Shown here: positions 17,973-28,033 of the stretch, piece by piece
Position numbering within the stretch: the stretch's first letter is position 1
Layout: the number at the start of each line of letters is the position of its first letter
Source of the DNA: a bacterium
Lineage (GTDB): Bacteria > Patescibacteriota > Minisyncoccia > Moranbacterales > UBA2206
Reading direction: 5' to 3'
Assembly (NCBI GenBank): GCA_021785125.1
Contig: JAJYGF010000012.1
Location: 16,612-80,611, forward strand
Length of the DNA: 64,000 nucleotides
Notes under the pieces: generated by a model
Database searches by the model: none
Told to the model about the DNA's origin: nothing
The model's input: the letters and a program-made list of their open reading frames with translations, nothing else
Translations under genes and position numbers: made by a program

Positions 17973-18539
17973 CTATAATAGATTTTTCAAAAAATCAAAA
18001 GCGGGCTGGAAAAAGAGCAAAAGGCATTTTGTCAGATAAGTACCCGCTATTCCGTAAAAAATTCCCAGAATCGTTCCGGCCGCCACGTCGCTCAAATAAT
18101 GCATGCCATTATGCAGCCTTGCGTAAGCCAGCAACAGGGTAAAAATCAAAACTATCGGCCAAAGAGACGGATAGAAAATCAGAATTACCGTAAGCACGGA
18201 TAGATTGGCCGCCATGTGGCTGGACGGGAAAGATGAATCGCTGTGCTTCCGGCCGATCGGCGTGATCTCTTCCGGATGCGCCATATATGGCCGAGTTTTG
18301 TGGAAATATTTCACAAACAGATGCTTGATCAGACCTTCGCTGATCAAGAAATGCAAAGCCGCCGCGATGGTCATGGCTATCGCAACAACTCTTCCATTGG
18401 GCGCGAAAAAAAAGATCCCGATCGTGACCACCATCCAAAAAGCCGCAAGATACAAGATGCGGCTGACAAAATCCGTTACTTCATCCACAAAAGTTCCCTT
18501 CCAAAGCCTATTGAAAAATTTTACGATCTTGAGTTCCAT
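17973..18539 (-). CDS. PAP2-family membrane phosphatase (possible undecaprenyl-PP phosphatase)
   Basis: K..RP, SFPSSH, ARLHNGMHYLSDV. Confidence 0.9.
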   Translation of the reverse strand: MELKIVKFFNRLWKGTFVDEVTDFVSRILYLAAFWMVVTIGIFFFAPNGRVVAIAMTIAAALHFLISEGLIKHLFVKYFHKTRPYMAHPEEITPIGRKHSDSSFPSSHMAANLSVLTVILIFYPSLWPIVLIFTLLLAYARLHNGMHYLSDVAAGTILGIFYGIAGTYLTKCLLLFFQPAFDFLKNLL

Positions 18540-18952
18540 TATTTGATCAAACTTAGGTCGCCATTAAGTATCGTGGGTTGCATAGCGATCAGTTCATCAG
18601 AATAGCCCATATCGGGAATTGGATTCAAAAGAAAAACTTCCTTATTCAGGACATGTGCAAAAGCCATTTCTAAAAATGAATTTCCGCCTATGTAATTCTT
18701 TATATTTTTCCTTTCCTCATTAATAATCAAAACAGCATCGCCATTCTTTATTTCTTCAAAATAATCACGGATTAAATCATGTTCAAGCTTATTCTTAACT
18801 GACTCTGAATGCATATCTTCTTGAGAGTCCATCTGGGAATATTCTTTGGTAAATTTGGGCAAAATAACTTTATGCCCTAAATCAATAAGGCCGTTTTCGA
18901 TTTCAACCATTTTTTTAGCGGCAGTCATACTGCCACAAATTACGATCTTCAT
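18539..18952 (-). CDS. Conserved hypothetical, nucleoside 2-deoxyribosyltransferase-like fold
   Basis: ICGSM N-terminus, DAVLIIN, YIGGNSFLEMAFA. Confidence 0.55.
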   Translation of the reverse strand: MKIVICGSMTAAKKMVEIENGLIDLGHKVILPKFTKEYSQMDSQEDMHSESVKNKLEHDLIRDYFEEIKNGDAVLIINEERKNIKNYIGGNSFLEMAFAHVLNKEVFLLNPIPDMGYSDELIAMQPTILNGDLSLIK

Positions 18953-19614
18953 AGTTTTCCCATTACTTCTTTCTCTAGTCTGTTAAAAAAAGCGGACATG
19001 AACCTATCTCTTTCGCGAGCCAGTTCTTTGCCTGTCCGAGTCAAAATCTTACGTTTAACATTTATCAATTTTGTATAGTATTCAAAAGCGGCTGTATCTT
19101 CTTCTGTATAGGAATAGTCTTTGCCGGATTTGGCAAGTTTTTTTTCTTTTCCTGAATGCAACTTTCCAGACCCATGGGAGCTTCCGGCAAAAAGAAATAT
19201 CCTACCTACACCGATCGCTCCGAGAGAATCAATCTTGTCAGCATCGAATAGAACTTTTGCTTCAAGCGTTTCAGGAATATTGTGATTTTTATAACGATGA
19301 GACTTGATGCAATGAATTATATTTTTTGAAAGCCCTGGCTCGATTTTTAATTTCGCCAAAATCTTTTCTGCTATTTCCGCTCCCTTTTCTGCGTGGCAAT
19401 AAGCGCCTTTTGCTTTCAATTCATCCTTTCTTCCAATGTCATGCAAAAGAGCGGCAGATTCGACAACAAACAAATTTGCTTTCTCTTGCTTTCCGATACG
19501 CATTGCCAAATCCCGCACCCTTTCGACATGTGTCCAATCATGACAGCCACTGGAGCCGACAAAATACTTCTTAGCTTCGATTTCTATTTTTTTGATTATT
19601 TCTTTCTTATTCAT
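18949..19614 (-). CDS. HD-domain phosphohydrolase
   Basis: HDWTHVERV, ALLHDIG, DADKIDSLGA. Confidence 0.92.
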   Translation of the reverse strand: MNKKEIIKKIEIEAKKYFVGSSGCHDWTHVERVRDLAMRIGKQEKANLFVVESAALLHDIGRKDELKAKGAYCHAEKGAEIAEKILAKLKIEPGLSKNIIHCIKSHRYKNHNIPETLEAKVLFDADKIDSLGAIGVGRIFLFAGSSHGSGKLHSGKEKKLAKSGKDYSYTEEDTAAFEYYTKLINVKRKILTRTGKELARERDRFMSAFFNRLEKEVMGKL

Positions 19615-19801
19615 AGCCTAAAATTTCAGCCTTTAATTTTTTAACCTCCTCCTTGTTTTCAACCAATTCTCCTTTATATAGCTTATGCAAAAAAGGAATT
19701 ACTCCGCAATCCCTGCACTTGCCCCAATTGCAGCCTTTCTGTTTCTGGAAAAGCTCACGGCACATCCCGATTTCTTTATCAAAAATTTCTTTGTCCAGCA
19801 T
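19607..19801 (-). CDS. Small Cys-rich hypothetical protein
   Basis: 64 aa, four Cys (C..CNWGKCRDC), coupled to lysS and the HD gene. Confidence 0.65.
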   Translation of the reverse strand: MLDKEIFDKEIGMCRELFQKQKGCNWGKCRDCGVIPFLHKLYKGELVENKEEVKKLKAEILGYE

Positions 19802-21244
19802 CTATTTGCTCTTAACCGGCGGGAAGATAACTGTTTGGCGGATGGATTTGTCCATAATGAAAGAAAAGAAGCGTTCGCTCATGCCAAAACCAAATGCCGG
19901 CGGCATGCCATATTCCAAAGCTTCCAAGAAATCCTCGTCGATCATCTGCGCTTCTTTGTCTCCGGCTTCGCGCATCTTCATCTGCTCCTCGAAACGGTTC
20001 CGCTGGTCGATCGGATCATTGAGTTCCCCGAATGCGTTGCATAGCTCGCTTTTGCCGGCCACAATTTGGAAGCGCAGAACTTTTTTCGGATTTTTCGGAT
20101 CACGCTTGGCCAACGGCGAAACTTCGATCGGATGCCCGACCAAAAAGCACGGTTGGATCAATTTCTGCCTGACGGTTTTCTTGTAGAGCGTGTCGATCAT
20201 GCGGCTCTTCGAATATCCCGGCTCATATTTAATGCCAAGCTCATCTGCCTTCGCCTTCAGTTGTTCGACCGTCAGATCCCTGGAAAGATCCAGGCCTGTC
20301 TCCTTCTTGAATTCTTTGAAATAATCGACGATCGGGAATTTCGTCTTCCAATTTATTTTCTCGCCTTCATATTCCGTCTCGTATCCGCCTGTAACTTCAG
20401 ACACAATCTTCTTGTACATCTTCTCGGCAAATTTCATGCCGGCTTTCAGGTCGGAATAGGCCCAATAGAATTCCATGTGATCAAACTCTTGCAAGTGTTC
20501 GCGATCAATGCCTTCGTTCCGGAAAACGCGTCCGATCTCGAAAACTTTTTCATAACCTCCGACCAAAAGCCTCTTCAGCGGAAGCTCCAAGGAGATGCGC
20601 ATAAAAAAATCTTGATCCAGCGCGTTGTGATGGGTCACAAACGGCTCAGCATCAGCTCCGCCCGGAGTATGCTCCAAAACCGGAGTCTGCACTTCCAAAA
20701 AACCGTTTTTCACCAAAAATGTCCGAACCGTTTGCCAGAAAATATTTTTCTTTTTGAAAAGCTCACGAGTTTCCGGATTCATTATGAGATCCAAATATCT
20801 CTTGCGCAGAAGTTCTTCTTCGTCTTTCAAGCCGAAATATTCGGTCGGAATCGGTCGGATATTTTTTGAAAGTACCATCCAGGCGGAAACTTCGAGCGAT
20901 TTCTCGCCGGCTTTCGTGACGAACAATTTTCCCGCCGCTTGGATGAAATCACCGATCTCGATGGCCGAGACGAACAACTTGTAATTCTCGGTTCCCTTTT
21001 TGTTGAGAAAAAGCTGGATCTTGCCAGATCCGTCTTCGATATGTGCAAAAGCCACGTTTCCCATTGAGCGCAGAGACCTGACCCGCCCGACCAGAATAAT
21101 TTCTTTTCCCTGCAAAGAATCGAATTTTTCCAACGCTTCCGTATTTGTCATGGAGCGCTCCGCCTTTTCCGGATACGCTTTCATGCCGGCCTCCCGGATA
21201 TCTTTCAATTTATCAAGTTTTGTTTGCAATATATCTTCTCTCAT
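19802..21244 (-). CDS. lysS: Lysine--tRNA ligase (class II)
   Basis: RKRYLDL, GGADAEPF, FRNEGID, EYGMPP. Confidence 0.97.
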   Translation of the reverse strand: MREDILQTKLDKLKDIREAGMKAYPEKAERSMTNTEALEKFDSLQGKEIILVGRVRSLRSMGNVAFAHIEDGSGKIQLFLNKKGTENYKLFVSAIEIGDFIQAAGKLFVTKAGEKSLEVSAWMVLSKNIRPIPTEYFGLKDEEELLRKRYLDLIMNPETRELFKKKNIFWQTVRTFLVKNGFLEVQTPVLEHTPGGADAEPFVTHHNALDQDFFMRISLELPLKRLLVGGYEKVFEIGRVFRNEGIDREHLQEFDHMEFYWAYSDLKAGMKFAEKMYKKIVSEVTGGYETEYEGEKINWKTKFPIVDYFKEFKKETGLDLSRDLTVEQLKAKADELGIKYEPGYSKSRMIDTLYKKTVRQKLIQPCFLVGHPIEVSPLAKRDPKNPKKVLRFQIVAGKSELCNAFGELNDPIDQRNRFEEQMKMREAGDKEAQMIDEDFLEALEYGMPPAFGFGMSERFFSFIMDKSIRQTVIFPPVKSK

Positions 21245-21311
21245 TTTCTCGCTTTTATTGGATTTAATACTTAAATATTACCTTAAACAGCCAAAATAAT
21301 CAATTTTTCCA

Positions 21312-21346
21312 AATAAAAAACCCGGCAATTAGCCGGATTTTTTATT
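21312..21346 (-). terminator. Terminator after greA
   Basis: CCGGC stem flanked by A and T runs. Confidence 0.65.
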
Positions 21347-21351
21347 GAAGA

Positions 21352-21807
21352 TTATTTTACTTCAAGAATCTTATACTTCACTTTTCCGCCCGGAGTGTCT
21401 ATCTCGACTTCATCGCCCTTTTTCTTTCCGAGAAAACCTTTGCCTAACGGAGATTCGTTTGAAATTTTCATTTCACCCGGGTTGGCTTCATTTGATCCGA
21501 CGATGGTGAACTCGGTTTCGCTTCCGTCGAATTTCACCTTTACTTGCGATCCCATTTGGACCTTGTCGGTCGCCTTGTCATGAGTCACGACGGTTGATTC
21601 CTTCAACATGAATTCAAGTTCCGCGATCCTAGCCTCGTTTTCAGCCTGTTGATGCTTCGCTTCGCTATACTCTGCGTTTTCACTCAAATCGCCTTGCTCT
21701 TTAGCTTCTTTGATAGCATTGGCGATGTTTTGTCTAACAATCGTCCTTCTGTGCTCAAGCTCGTCTTGAATTTTTTTTAATCCATCCTCGGTTATAAGTT
21801 TTGTCAT
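21352..21807 (-). CDS. greA: Transcription elongation factor GreA
   Basis: GDLSENAEY, ISNESPLG. Confidence 0.97.
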   Translation of the reverse strand: MTKLITEDGLKKIQDELEHRRTIVRQNIANAIKEAKEQGDLSENAEYSEAKHQQAENEARIAELEFMLKESTVVTHDKATDKVQMGSQVKVKFDGSETEFTIVGSNEANPGEMKISNESPLGKGFLGKKKGDEVEIDTPGGKVKYKILEVK

Positions 21808-21995
21808 TTTTCTCTGCCCCAAAGCGGGGAATTAGTTTTTAAAAAATTACTGCCACAAGACAGTAATGGATATTCGTTTATGGAATCAATCAGTCAATTA
21901 TACAAATTACATGGACAATTGTATCAGTGTATTTGAAATGTGTCAACCATTTGTTAGAAGCCAGGCCTGTAAATATCGATTGATTCTGTTTGTTT

Positions 21996-23639
21996 TCAAA
22001 CCGTATTTTTTAGCTTGAGGCCGGTTCTTATGAATTCATTGAAGAGCGGATGACCCTCCAACGGATTGGTTTTGAGTTCGGGATGAAATTGGGTGGCCAA
22101 GAAAAATGGATGGACCGAAACCGGCAATTCCGCGATTTCCATGAGTTTTCCGTCCGGCGATTTGCCGGAAAAAATGATTCCCGCTTTTTCCAACCTTTCA
22201 ACATATTCCGGATTGACTTCCCACCTGTGCCGGTGCCTCTCGGAAATCTTAGCCGTGCCGTATGATTTTTCCGCGATGCTTCCCTTTTTGAGTTTGGCCG
22301 GATAGGCGCCCAAACGCATCGTCGCTCCGTAATTATGATCTTCAAGATTTTTCTTTTGTTCCGGCATGATGTCGATGACCGGATTTTTGGTTTCCCTGTC
22401 TATCTCTGTCGTATGCGCGTCTTTAAGACCCAGAACATTCCGCGCGTATTCGATCACAGCCAGCTGCATCCCATAGCAAAGCCCCAGGAACGGAATCTTG
22501 TTTTTGCGCAAAAATTCGATCGCCAAGATTTTTCCTTCGATCCCGCGGGATCCGAATCCTCCGGGAATGACTACGCCGTCATAATTTTCGAGTTCCTGCA
22601 ATTTCTCCGGATTTTTTTCATATGTCTCGCTGTTTATCCAGTCTATTTCGGGTTTCGCATGGTTCTGGTAACAAGCATGCTTGATCGCCTCAATCACGCT
22701 GATATACGCGTCCGACAGCACGAAATCTCCAGTGCCGAAATATTTGCCGACTATCCCAATCTTTAGTTTATTTTTCGGATGCTTGATTTTTTCCACTAAG
22801 TCATACCATTTTTTGAGGTCGGTTTTCTTGTATTTCAGTCCAAGCTTCTTCAGGATCAGGCGGCTCAAATCATCGCGTTCGAAATTGATCGGAACTTCAT
22901 AGATGCTGTCGATATCCGGAGCTGAGATCACGTATCTTTCCGGTATGTTGCAAAACATTCCGAGTTTCTCTTTTCTTTTCTCGTCCAGGAAGGTCTCGCT
23001 TCTGGCGATGATAAAATCCGGCTGGATACCGGCGCCATTTAATGTGCGGACGGCATATTGGGTCGGTTTCGTCTTCATCTCTCCAACTTTGGACGGAATC
23101 GGCAAATAGCTTACCATTACGAAAATAACGTCGTCCGGATGCTTGATCTTCATCATTCTGGCCGCTTCCAAGAAAAGGATGTTCTGGTATTCGCCGATCG
23201 TTCCGCCGATCTCGATTATCGTTATGTCAGACTTGGCTTTTTCCGACGCCTTCTCGATCCTGGAAATAACTTCCAGCGGGATATGCGGAACAACCTCGAC
23301 GCATCTCCCGTTATATTCCAAGTTGCGTTCTTTATGGATCACCGTTTCATATACCCGTCCCGTCGTCATATAGTTGTCGCGCGGCAAGGTGATGCCGATG
23401 AATCTTTCGTAATTTCCCATGTCCTGGTCGGTTTCGTCTCCGTCATCAAGGACAAATACTTCTCCATGTTCGGTCGGATTCATAGTTCCGGCATCGACGT
23501 TGATATACGGGTCGATCTTGAGGGCGGTCACATTGAACCCTCTCGCCTTCAATATCGCTCCGATAGAAGAGGTGGTGATGCCTTTGCCGACACCGCTCAT
23601 GACCCCTCCGACTACGAAGATGTATTTTCGATCTTTCAT
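21996..23639 (-). CDS. pyrG: CTP synthase
   Basis: GGVMSGVGKG, KTKPTQ, GLCYGMQ, ERHRHR, QFHPE. Confidence 0.98.
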   Translation of the reverse strand: MKDRKYIFVVGGVMSGVGKGITTSSIGAILKARGFNVTALKIDPYINVDAGTMNPTEHGEVFVLDDGDETDQDMGNYERFIGITLPRDNYMTTGRVYETVIHKERNLEYNGRCVEVVPHIPLEVISRIEKASEKAKSDITIIEIGGTIGEYQNILFLEAARMMKIKHPDDVIFVMVSYLPIPSKVGEMKTKPTQYAVRTLNGAGIQPDFIIARSETFLDEKRKEKLGMFCNIPERYVISAPDIDSIYEVPINFERDDLSRLILKKLGLKYKKTDLKKWYDLVEKIKHPKNKLKIGIVGKYFGTGDFVLSDAYISVIEAIKHACYQNHAKPEIDWINSETYEKNPEKLQELENYDGVVIPGGFGSRGIEGKILAIEFLRKNKIPFLGLCYGMQLAVIEYARNVLGLKDAHTTEIDRETKNPVIDIMPEQKKNLEDHNYGATMRLGAYPAKLKKGSIAEKSYGTAKISERHRHRWEVNPEYVERLEKAGIIFSGKSPDGKLMEIAELPVSVHPFFLATQFHPELKTNPLEGHPLFNEFIRTGLKLKNTV

Positions 23640-23725
23640 AAAATTATATTATCGTAGAATTTAAAAAATTTAACAAACGAAAAAGTCGCTATCCCCTGCG
23701 ACTTTGTATGTAATTTTCAAAAAGT

Positions 23726-24166
23726 CTATAAACCTTCGATGCTGATCCTGATTGATGTTTCGATGCCATGGTCGAGCCTGATCTTAATTTCAAAACTGCC
23801 TGTTTTTCTGATAGGATCTTTCAGGATGACGGATTTGTCCGAAATATGAATACTTTCTTTTTTTAATTCCCTGACGATGTCTTTTGCCTGGACCGATCCG
23901 AAAAGCCTGCCCTTGTTCTCCTCCATTTTTAGCGTAATTTTCCTTTCTTTGATTTGATCGGCCAGGCGTTGGTTTTTTTCGCGATCATTTTGTTCCTTTT
24001 CGACTTGTTTTTTGCGTATGGTTTCCACCCTTCTTACCGATCCCGACGTGGCCGTTTCCGCCATATTTTTCACGAACAGGAAATTTCTGGCGTAACCTTC
24101 CGCAACATCTCTTACATCGCCTTTTTTGCCTAACCCTTTGATATCTTGGAGCAGGATTACTTTCAT
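23726..24166 (-). CDS. rplI: 50S ribosomal protein L9
   Basis: MKVILLQDIKGLGKKGD..GYARNFL, LFGSV. Confidence 0.97.
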   Translation of the reverse strand: MKVILLQDIKGLGKKGDVRDVAEGYARNFLFVKNMAETATSGSVRRVETIRKKQVEKEQNDREKNQRLADQIKERKITLKMEENKGRLFGSVQAKDIVRELKKESIHISDKSVILKDPIRKTGSFEIKIRLDHGIETSIRISIEGL

Positions 24167-24214
24167 AGAATCATTATAATTAAAATGCGTACGCTTTGCA
24201 AATAAAAAACCGGC

Positions 24215-24430
24215 TCACATTTGTGGGCCGGTAGCTTTCCGGAAGATTGCCCGGAAGAAATTTTTAATCATAGGGCATACATATTCTATTAATATGAAGA
24301 TTACCGCTATTAAAATAAATACAATTCCAAGCGTCTTCAGCGTCCACCATTTCTCCATGAAATGGTTGAACTCTCTGATTTGCGGCCTAAAACAGCTCCG
24401 CAAAAATCCCCAGAACCAATTTTTTTGCAT
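24215..24430 (-). CDS. Small membrane hypothetical protein
   Basis: 71 aa, one TM, GGAGG RBS upstream. Confidence 0.5.
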   Translation of the reverse strand: MQKNWFWGFLRSCFRPQIREFNHFMEKWWTLKTLGIVFILIAVIFILIEYVCPMIKNFFRAIFRKATGPQM

Positions 24431-24502
24431 TAGCCCCTCCTTTTATAAAGAACAAGAAACCAAGCTATATTTATAGCACATATGGATCAAAAAGTCAATA
24501 TC

Positions 24503-25780
24503 CTATTTAATCATCCCTTCGATGATTGACATCGCTTTATCCAATTGCGGATCCCGATTATTACTGATGTCGTCCGCAGTCATGTCAACCTCAACGTCAG
24601 GCACGATTCCTTTTTCCATGATATAATCGCCGTTCGGCGTCAGCCATTTGGCGACAGTGATTTTCACGCTGGAATTCTGCGGCAGATCGATCAGCTCCTG
24701 GACCGATCCTTTGCCGAAAGATTTTTTGCCGATAAGTTGGACTCCGCGGTCATCGCGCAATGCTCCTGCCAAAATTTCCGCCGCGCTGGCACTGCCGTCA
24801 TTAATCAGCACGACTATCGGAATTCCGCTGAGCTTGTCTCCTCCCGAAGTGTACAAGCTGTTTCTGTTGCCGCCAGCATCTTCCTCTGTGACGACAACCT
24901 TATTTTTCGGAATCAGCCGACTAGCCACATCCACCGCTTTATCCAAAAATCCGCCAGGATTATTGCGTAAATCCAATACGATACCCTTAGATCTGCGCGC
25001 GAGTATTTGGTTCATGGCATCATCGAATTCTGAATCTGTCTTTTCTCCGAATTGGTTTATCTTCAGATCAGCAATATTGTTGTTTTTAAAATCAACGGTG
25101 ACAGTTTTCACTTCAATGACGTCGCGCGTGATAGTTATATCGGTCGTATTCTGCGCTCCTTTATGCAAAACCGTCAATTTGACCTGTGTGCCTTGCTTGC
25201 CGCGGATCATATCCACCGCTTGGTCTATTGTCATGTCAGATGTAGATTTATCATTAATTTTCATGATCTTATCGCCGGTTTGCAACCCGGATTTTTGAGC
25301 TGGCGATCCTTCCAAAGGCGCGATTACGGTCAGAATATTATCCTTTATCCCAAGTTCCGCTCCAATTCCTTCAAAACTGCCGCCGATATCCTGTGAAAAT
25401 GCTTTGGTTTCCTTGGGATCGAAGAAAGTTGTGTATGGATCATTGGTGGCGCCTAACATGCCTTTGATCGCACCATATACCAGAGCTTGGGAATCCAAAG
25501 AACTTTTGTTGACATATTTTTCCTTAAGCAAGTCCCAAACTCTCCAAAACAAGGAAAAATCCACCTGGTCCGAGTTGGGCGGATTTTGGTTTATGACCGT
25601 AGTTGAAGATATGGGATGGGTCTGGTTAGTTTGATTCACGGTTCTTTTTCCGGAGACATAACCAACCCAGAATGTTCCCGTCAAAACAAAAAAAATCAGG
25701 AACAAAATCAAATATCTTTTGAAGATTTTATTGTGTCTTTTTTGAGGATTTGTTTCGGACAAAGATTGTTCTTCAGCCAT
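24503..25780 (-). CDS. ctpA: S41A carboxyl-terminal processing protease
   Basis: DPYT, PDZ, DLRNNPGG, SASAAEI, FGKGSVQ. Confidence 0.95.
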   Translation of the reverse strand: MAEEQSLSETNPQKRHNKIFKRYLILFLIFFVLTGTFWVGYVSGKRTVNQTNQTHPISSTTVINQNPPNSDQVDFSLFWRVWDLLKEKYVNKSSLDSQALVYGAIKGMLGATNDPYTTFFDPKETKAFSQDIGGSFEGIGAELGIKDNILTVIAPLEGSPAQKSGLQTGDKIMKINDKSTSDMTIDQAVDMIRGKQGTQVKLTVLHKGAQNTTDITITRDVIEVKTVTVDFKNNNIADLKINQFGEKTDSEFDDAMNQILARRSKGIVLDLRNNPGGFLDKAVDVASRLIPKNKVVVTEEDAGGNRNSLYTSGGDKLSGIPIVVLINDGSASAAEILAGALRDDRGVQLIGKKSFGKGSVQELIDLPQNSSVKITVAKWLTPNGDYIMEKGIVPDVEVDMTADDISNNRDPQLDKAMSIIEGMIK

Positions 25781-25791
25781 GACTAGTTGCT

Positions 25792-26601
25792 TTAATTGTG
25801 TTTAGGAAGCGGTTTTCCCGCGTATTTCATGAAATATTTTATCGCGCTGGCGATGTGGATCCAGGTCAACTTATTGGAAAGAAGCGAGTTTAAAACTCCT
25901 TTGCCGGCCGAGCCGCGGCCATGATAATGATACATTCGAGCCTCGGGAAAATATACAACTTTATAGCCGCATTCCCAGAAACGCCTGCACCAATCGGTAT
26001 CTTCAAAGTATAATCGGAATCGGCTATCCATGGCTCCGACTTTCTTGATCGCTTCACGACTGGCCATAAGCGCCGAACCCATTACCCAATCCACCTCGCG
26101 CACGTCTTGATGATCGAAATCATTCATCAAAAAACTATCCAGATGCTTTTTGGCGAACCATAATTTGCCCAGAAATGTTCTTCTGTAGACAATTGTTAGC
26201 GGAGCATAAAATCGAAAAGTGGAAGGCTGGAAGGTTTCATTGAAGTTCAACAGTTGCGGAGCGACGATTCCTACTCCGGGGTCATTCTTTATGTATGCGA
26301 GAAGTTTTTCGACGGCATCTTTCTTGATAATCACGTCGCCGTTCAAGATGAGGATATATTTCCCCTTTGCGGCTTCCAGACCCCTGTTCACCGTGCCGCC
26401 GAATCCGATATTTTTTTCCGAGGATAGGAATCTTATCTCTGGATACTGGTCCTGCATCATCAGTTCGGTCTTCTCTTCCGTCGCACTGTCCGATACGATA
26501 ATTTCAAGATCTGGAAGTCCGACATTCCGCTTGATCGAATCGATGCACACTTTCAAGAGTTCCGGATTTTTATAGCTGGTGATGATGATCGAAAGTTCCA
26601 T
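25792..26601 (-). CDS. GT2 glycosyltransferase (WbbL/rhamnosyltransferase-like)
   Basis: SIIITSY, NIGFG, LNGD, DWVMGS, YFEDTDWC. Confidence 0.9.
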   Translation of the reverse strand: MELSIIITSYKNPELLKVCIDSIKRNVGLPDLEIIVSDSATEEKTELMMQDQYPEIRFLSSEKNIGFGGTVNRGLEAAKGKYILILNGDVIIKKDAVEKLLAYIKNDPGVGIVAPQLLNFNETFQPSTFRFYAPLTIVYRRTFLGKLWFAKKHLDSFLMNDFDHQDVREVDWVMGSALMASREAIKKVGAMDSRFRLYFEDTDWCRRFWECGYKVVYFPEARMYHYHGRGSAGKGVLNSLLSNKLTWIHIASAIKYFMKYAGKPLPKHN

Positions 26602-26626
26602 AGAACATGCGGAAATGATGGAATTT

Positions 26627-27955
26627 TTATTGTTCAGGCGTGGCTTGCGGAGCCGCAGAAGCATTGCCAGAAGCTGTTCCGGATGCGGAAGTCTGGCCTG
26701 AGCTTGTCTGTTGCGATCCGGTCGCAGCCGCGCCTGAACTATTTGCCGCGCTTTGAGGCACCGTGCCCGTACTCGTATAATCCGGCGTCATCGTGAAGAT
26801 ATTCTTAAACAAAGCTTGGATCTGGTTGTAGTTGTCGCCTTTCGGAAGCAGGATATCTCCGGCTTGCGGATCCTGGACTCCATACAGCAATCCGACCTGC
26901 GGATCATTGCTGGTATCCATAACTCTTTGGTAGAGAGGAGCGCTCTTCAGCTTTGCATACAGATCGAACAGGCGCTTCATCTCCCAACCTTGCATGTCAG
27001 TCTTGACGTTGTTTCCCAAGCTGTCCAGGATGCCGTTTATTTTGCTGAAATTTGTTAAGGTTCCAGCACTTAATAGCTGGCTTTCCACCGCTTTTATGAT
27101 CTGCTGCTGGCGTTTGGCGCGTTCGAAATCATTGGAAGTTTCGCGGGAACGCGCGTAACACATTGCTTGCTGGGCGGTCAAAGTCTGAGATCCGGCCGGA
27201 AGTTTGAAGTCGCCGCCACATTCTTCTGTGTTGGCAGGTGCCGTGCATAACGGATATTGCGCCACTACCCTTGTACGAGCCAACCTGCCGGTGATCTTGT
27301 CGTATATCTTTTTGGTTTTTGTCTGATATTGCCCGGTCGGCACATTAAAGAATGAATCGCAGACATGCGGCTGGTTGAACTGCACTGACTCCTCAAATGG
27401 CTTATCAAGAGTTATCTGGACCCCGCCAATCGCATTTACAAATTGCGTAAAAGCATCGTAATTAAGTGCGATGCCATATTGGATCGGCAAGCCGGTGATA
27501 ACTCCCACCTCCTGCTCCATATATTTTATGCCTTGTCCGGAGCCTTTCTGTTCGCCATAAGCATAAACAGCATTAAGCTTTGTTTTATATCCGACTGCTG
27601 GATTGTCCACATAAAGATCACGCGGAACGGACATAAGAGCCATTTTATTATCTTTCGTATCTATGCTGAGAAGCTGTATGGTGTCTGAAAGTAAACCTCC
27701 ATTCGGATCATTTGCTCCGCGCATGCCCAAAAGCAGGATATTCACCCTTCCGTCAGACTCTCCCTTCAACTGATTGTTCACGCCAGGCAAGGAATGCACC
27801 AAGGTGCTTAACAATCCTCCGCTGGAAATTTTGCGCAAAAGGCTGTCAGCTCGCCAGGCAAAATAACCGCCGACAATCATTATGATTGCAATGATGGCAA
27901 CGATAATTTTAAAGCCTTTTCCTTTTGATCTGAACTTGGAAATCAATTGTGACAT
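26627..27955 (-). CDS. LytR-CpsA-Psr (LCP) family glycopolymer transferase
   Basis: NILLLG, SDTI, SVPRDLYV, KLNAVY, YARSR, DFERAKRQQ. Confidence 0.92.
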   Translation of the reverse strand: MSQLISKFRSKGKGFKIIVAIIAIIMIVGGYFAWRADSLLRKISSGGLLSTLVHSLPGVNNQLKGESDGRVNILLLGMRGANDPNGGLLSDTIQLLSIDTKDNKMALMSVPRDLYVDNPAVGYKTKLNAVYAYGEQKGSGQGIKYMEQEVGVITGLPIQYGIALNYDAFTQFVNAIGGVQITLDKPFEESVQFNQPHVCDSFFNVPTGQYQTKTKKIYDKITGRLARTRVVAQYPLCTAPANTEECGGDFKLPAGSQTLTAQQAMCYARSRETSNDFERAKRQQQIIKAVESQLLSAGTLTNFSKINGILDSLGNNVKTDMQGWEMKRLFDLYAKLKSAPLYQRVMDTSNDPQVGLLYGVQDPQAGDILLPKGDNYNQIQALFKNIFTMTPDYTSTGTVPQSAANSSGAAATGSQQTSSGQTSASGTASGNASAAPQATPEQ

Positions 27956-28033
27956 CGTTTAAATTTTAAAAATAAATAGCCGACACTTGGATTTGTAGGC
28001 ATTGGTTATATTCTACTTTTAATACGAGTATTG

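Noticed and set aside
20066-20869. 267-aa plus-strand ORF
   Set aside because: Antisense to lysS, no recognisable motifs
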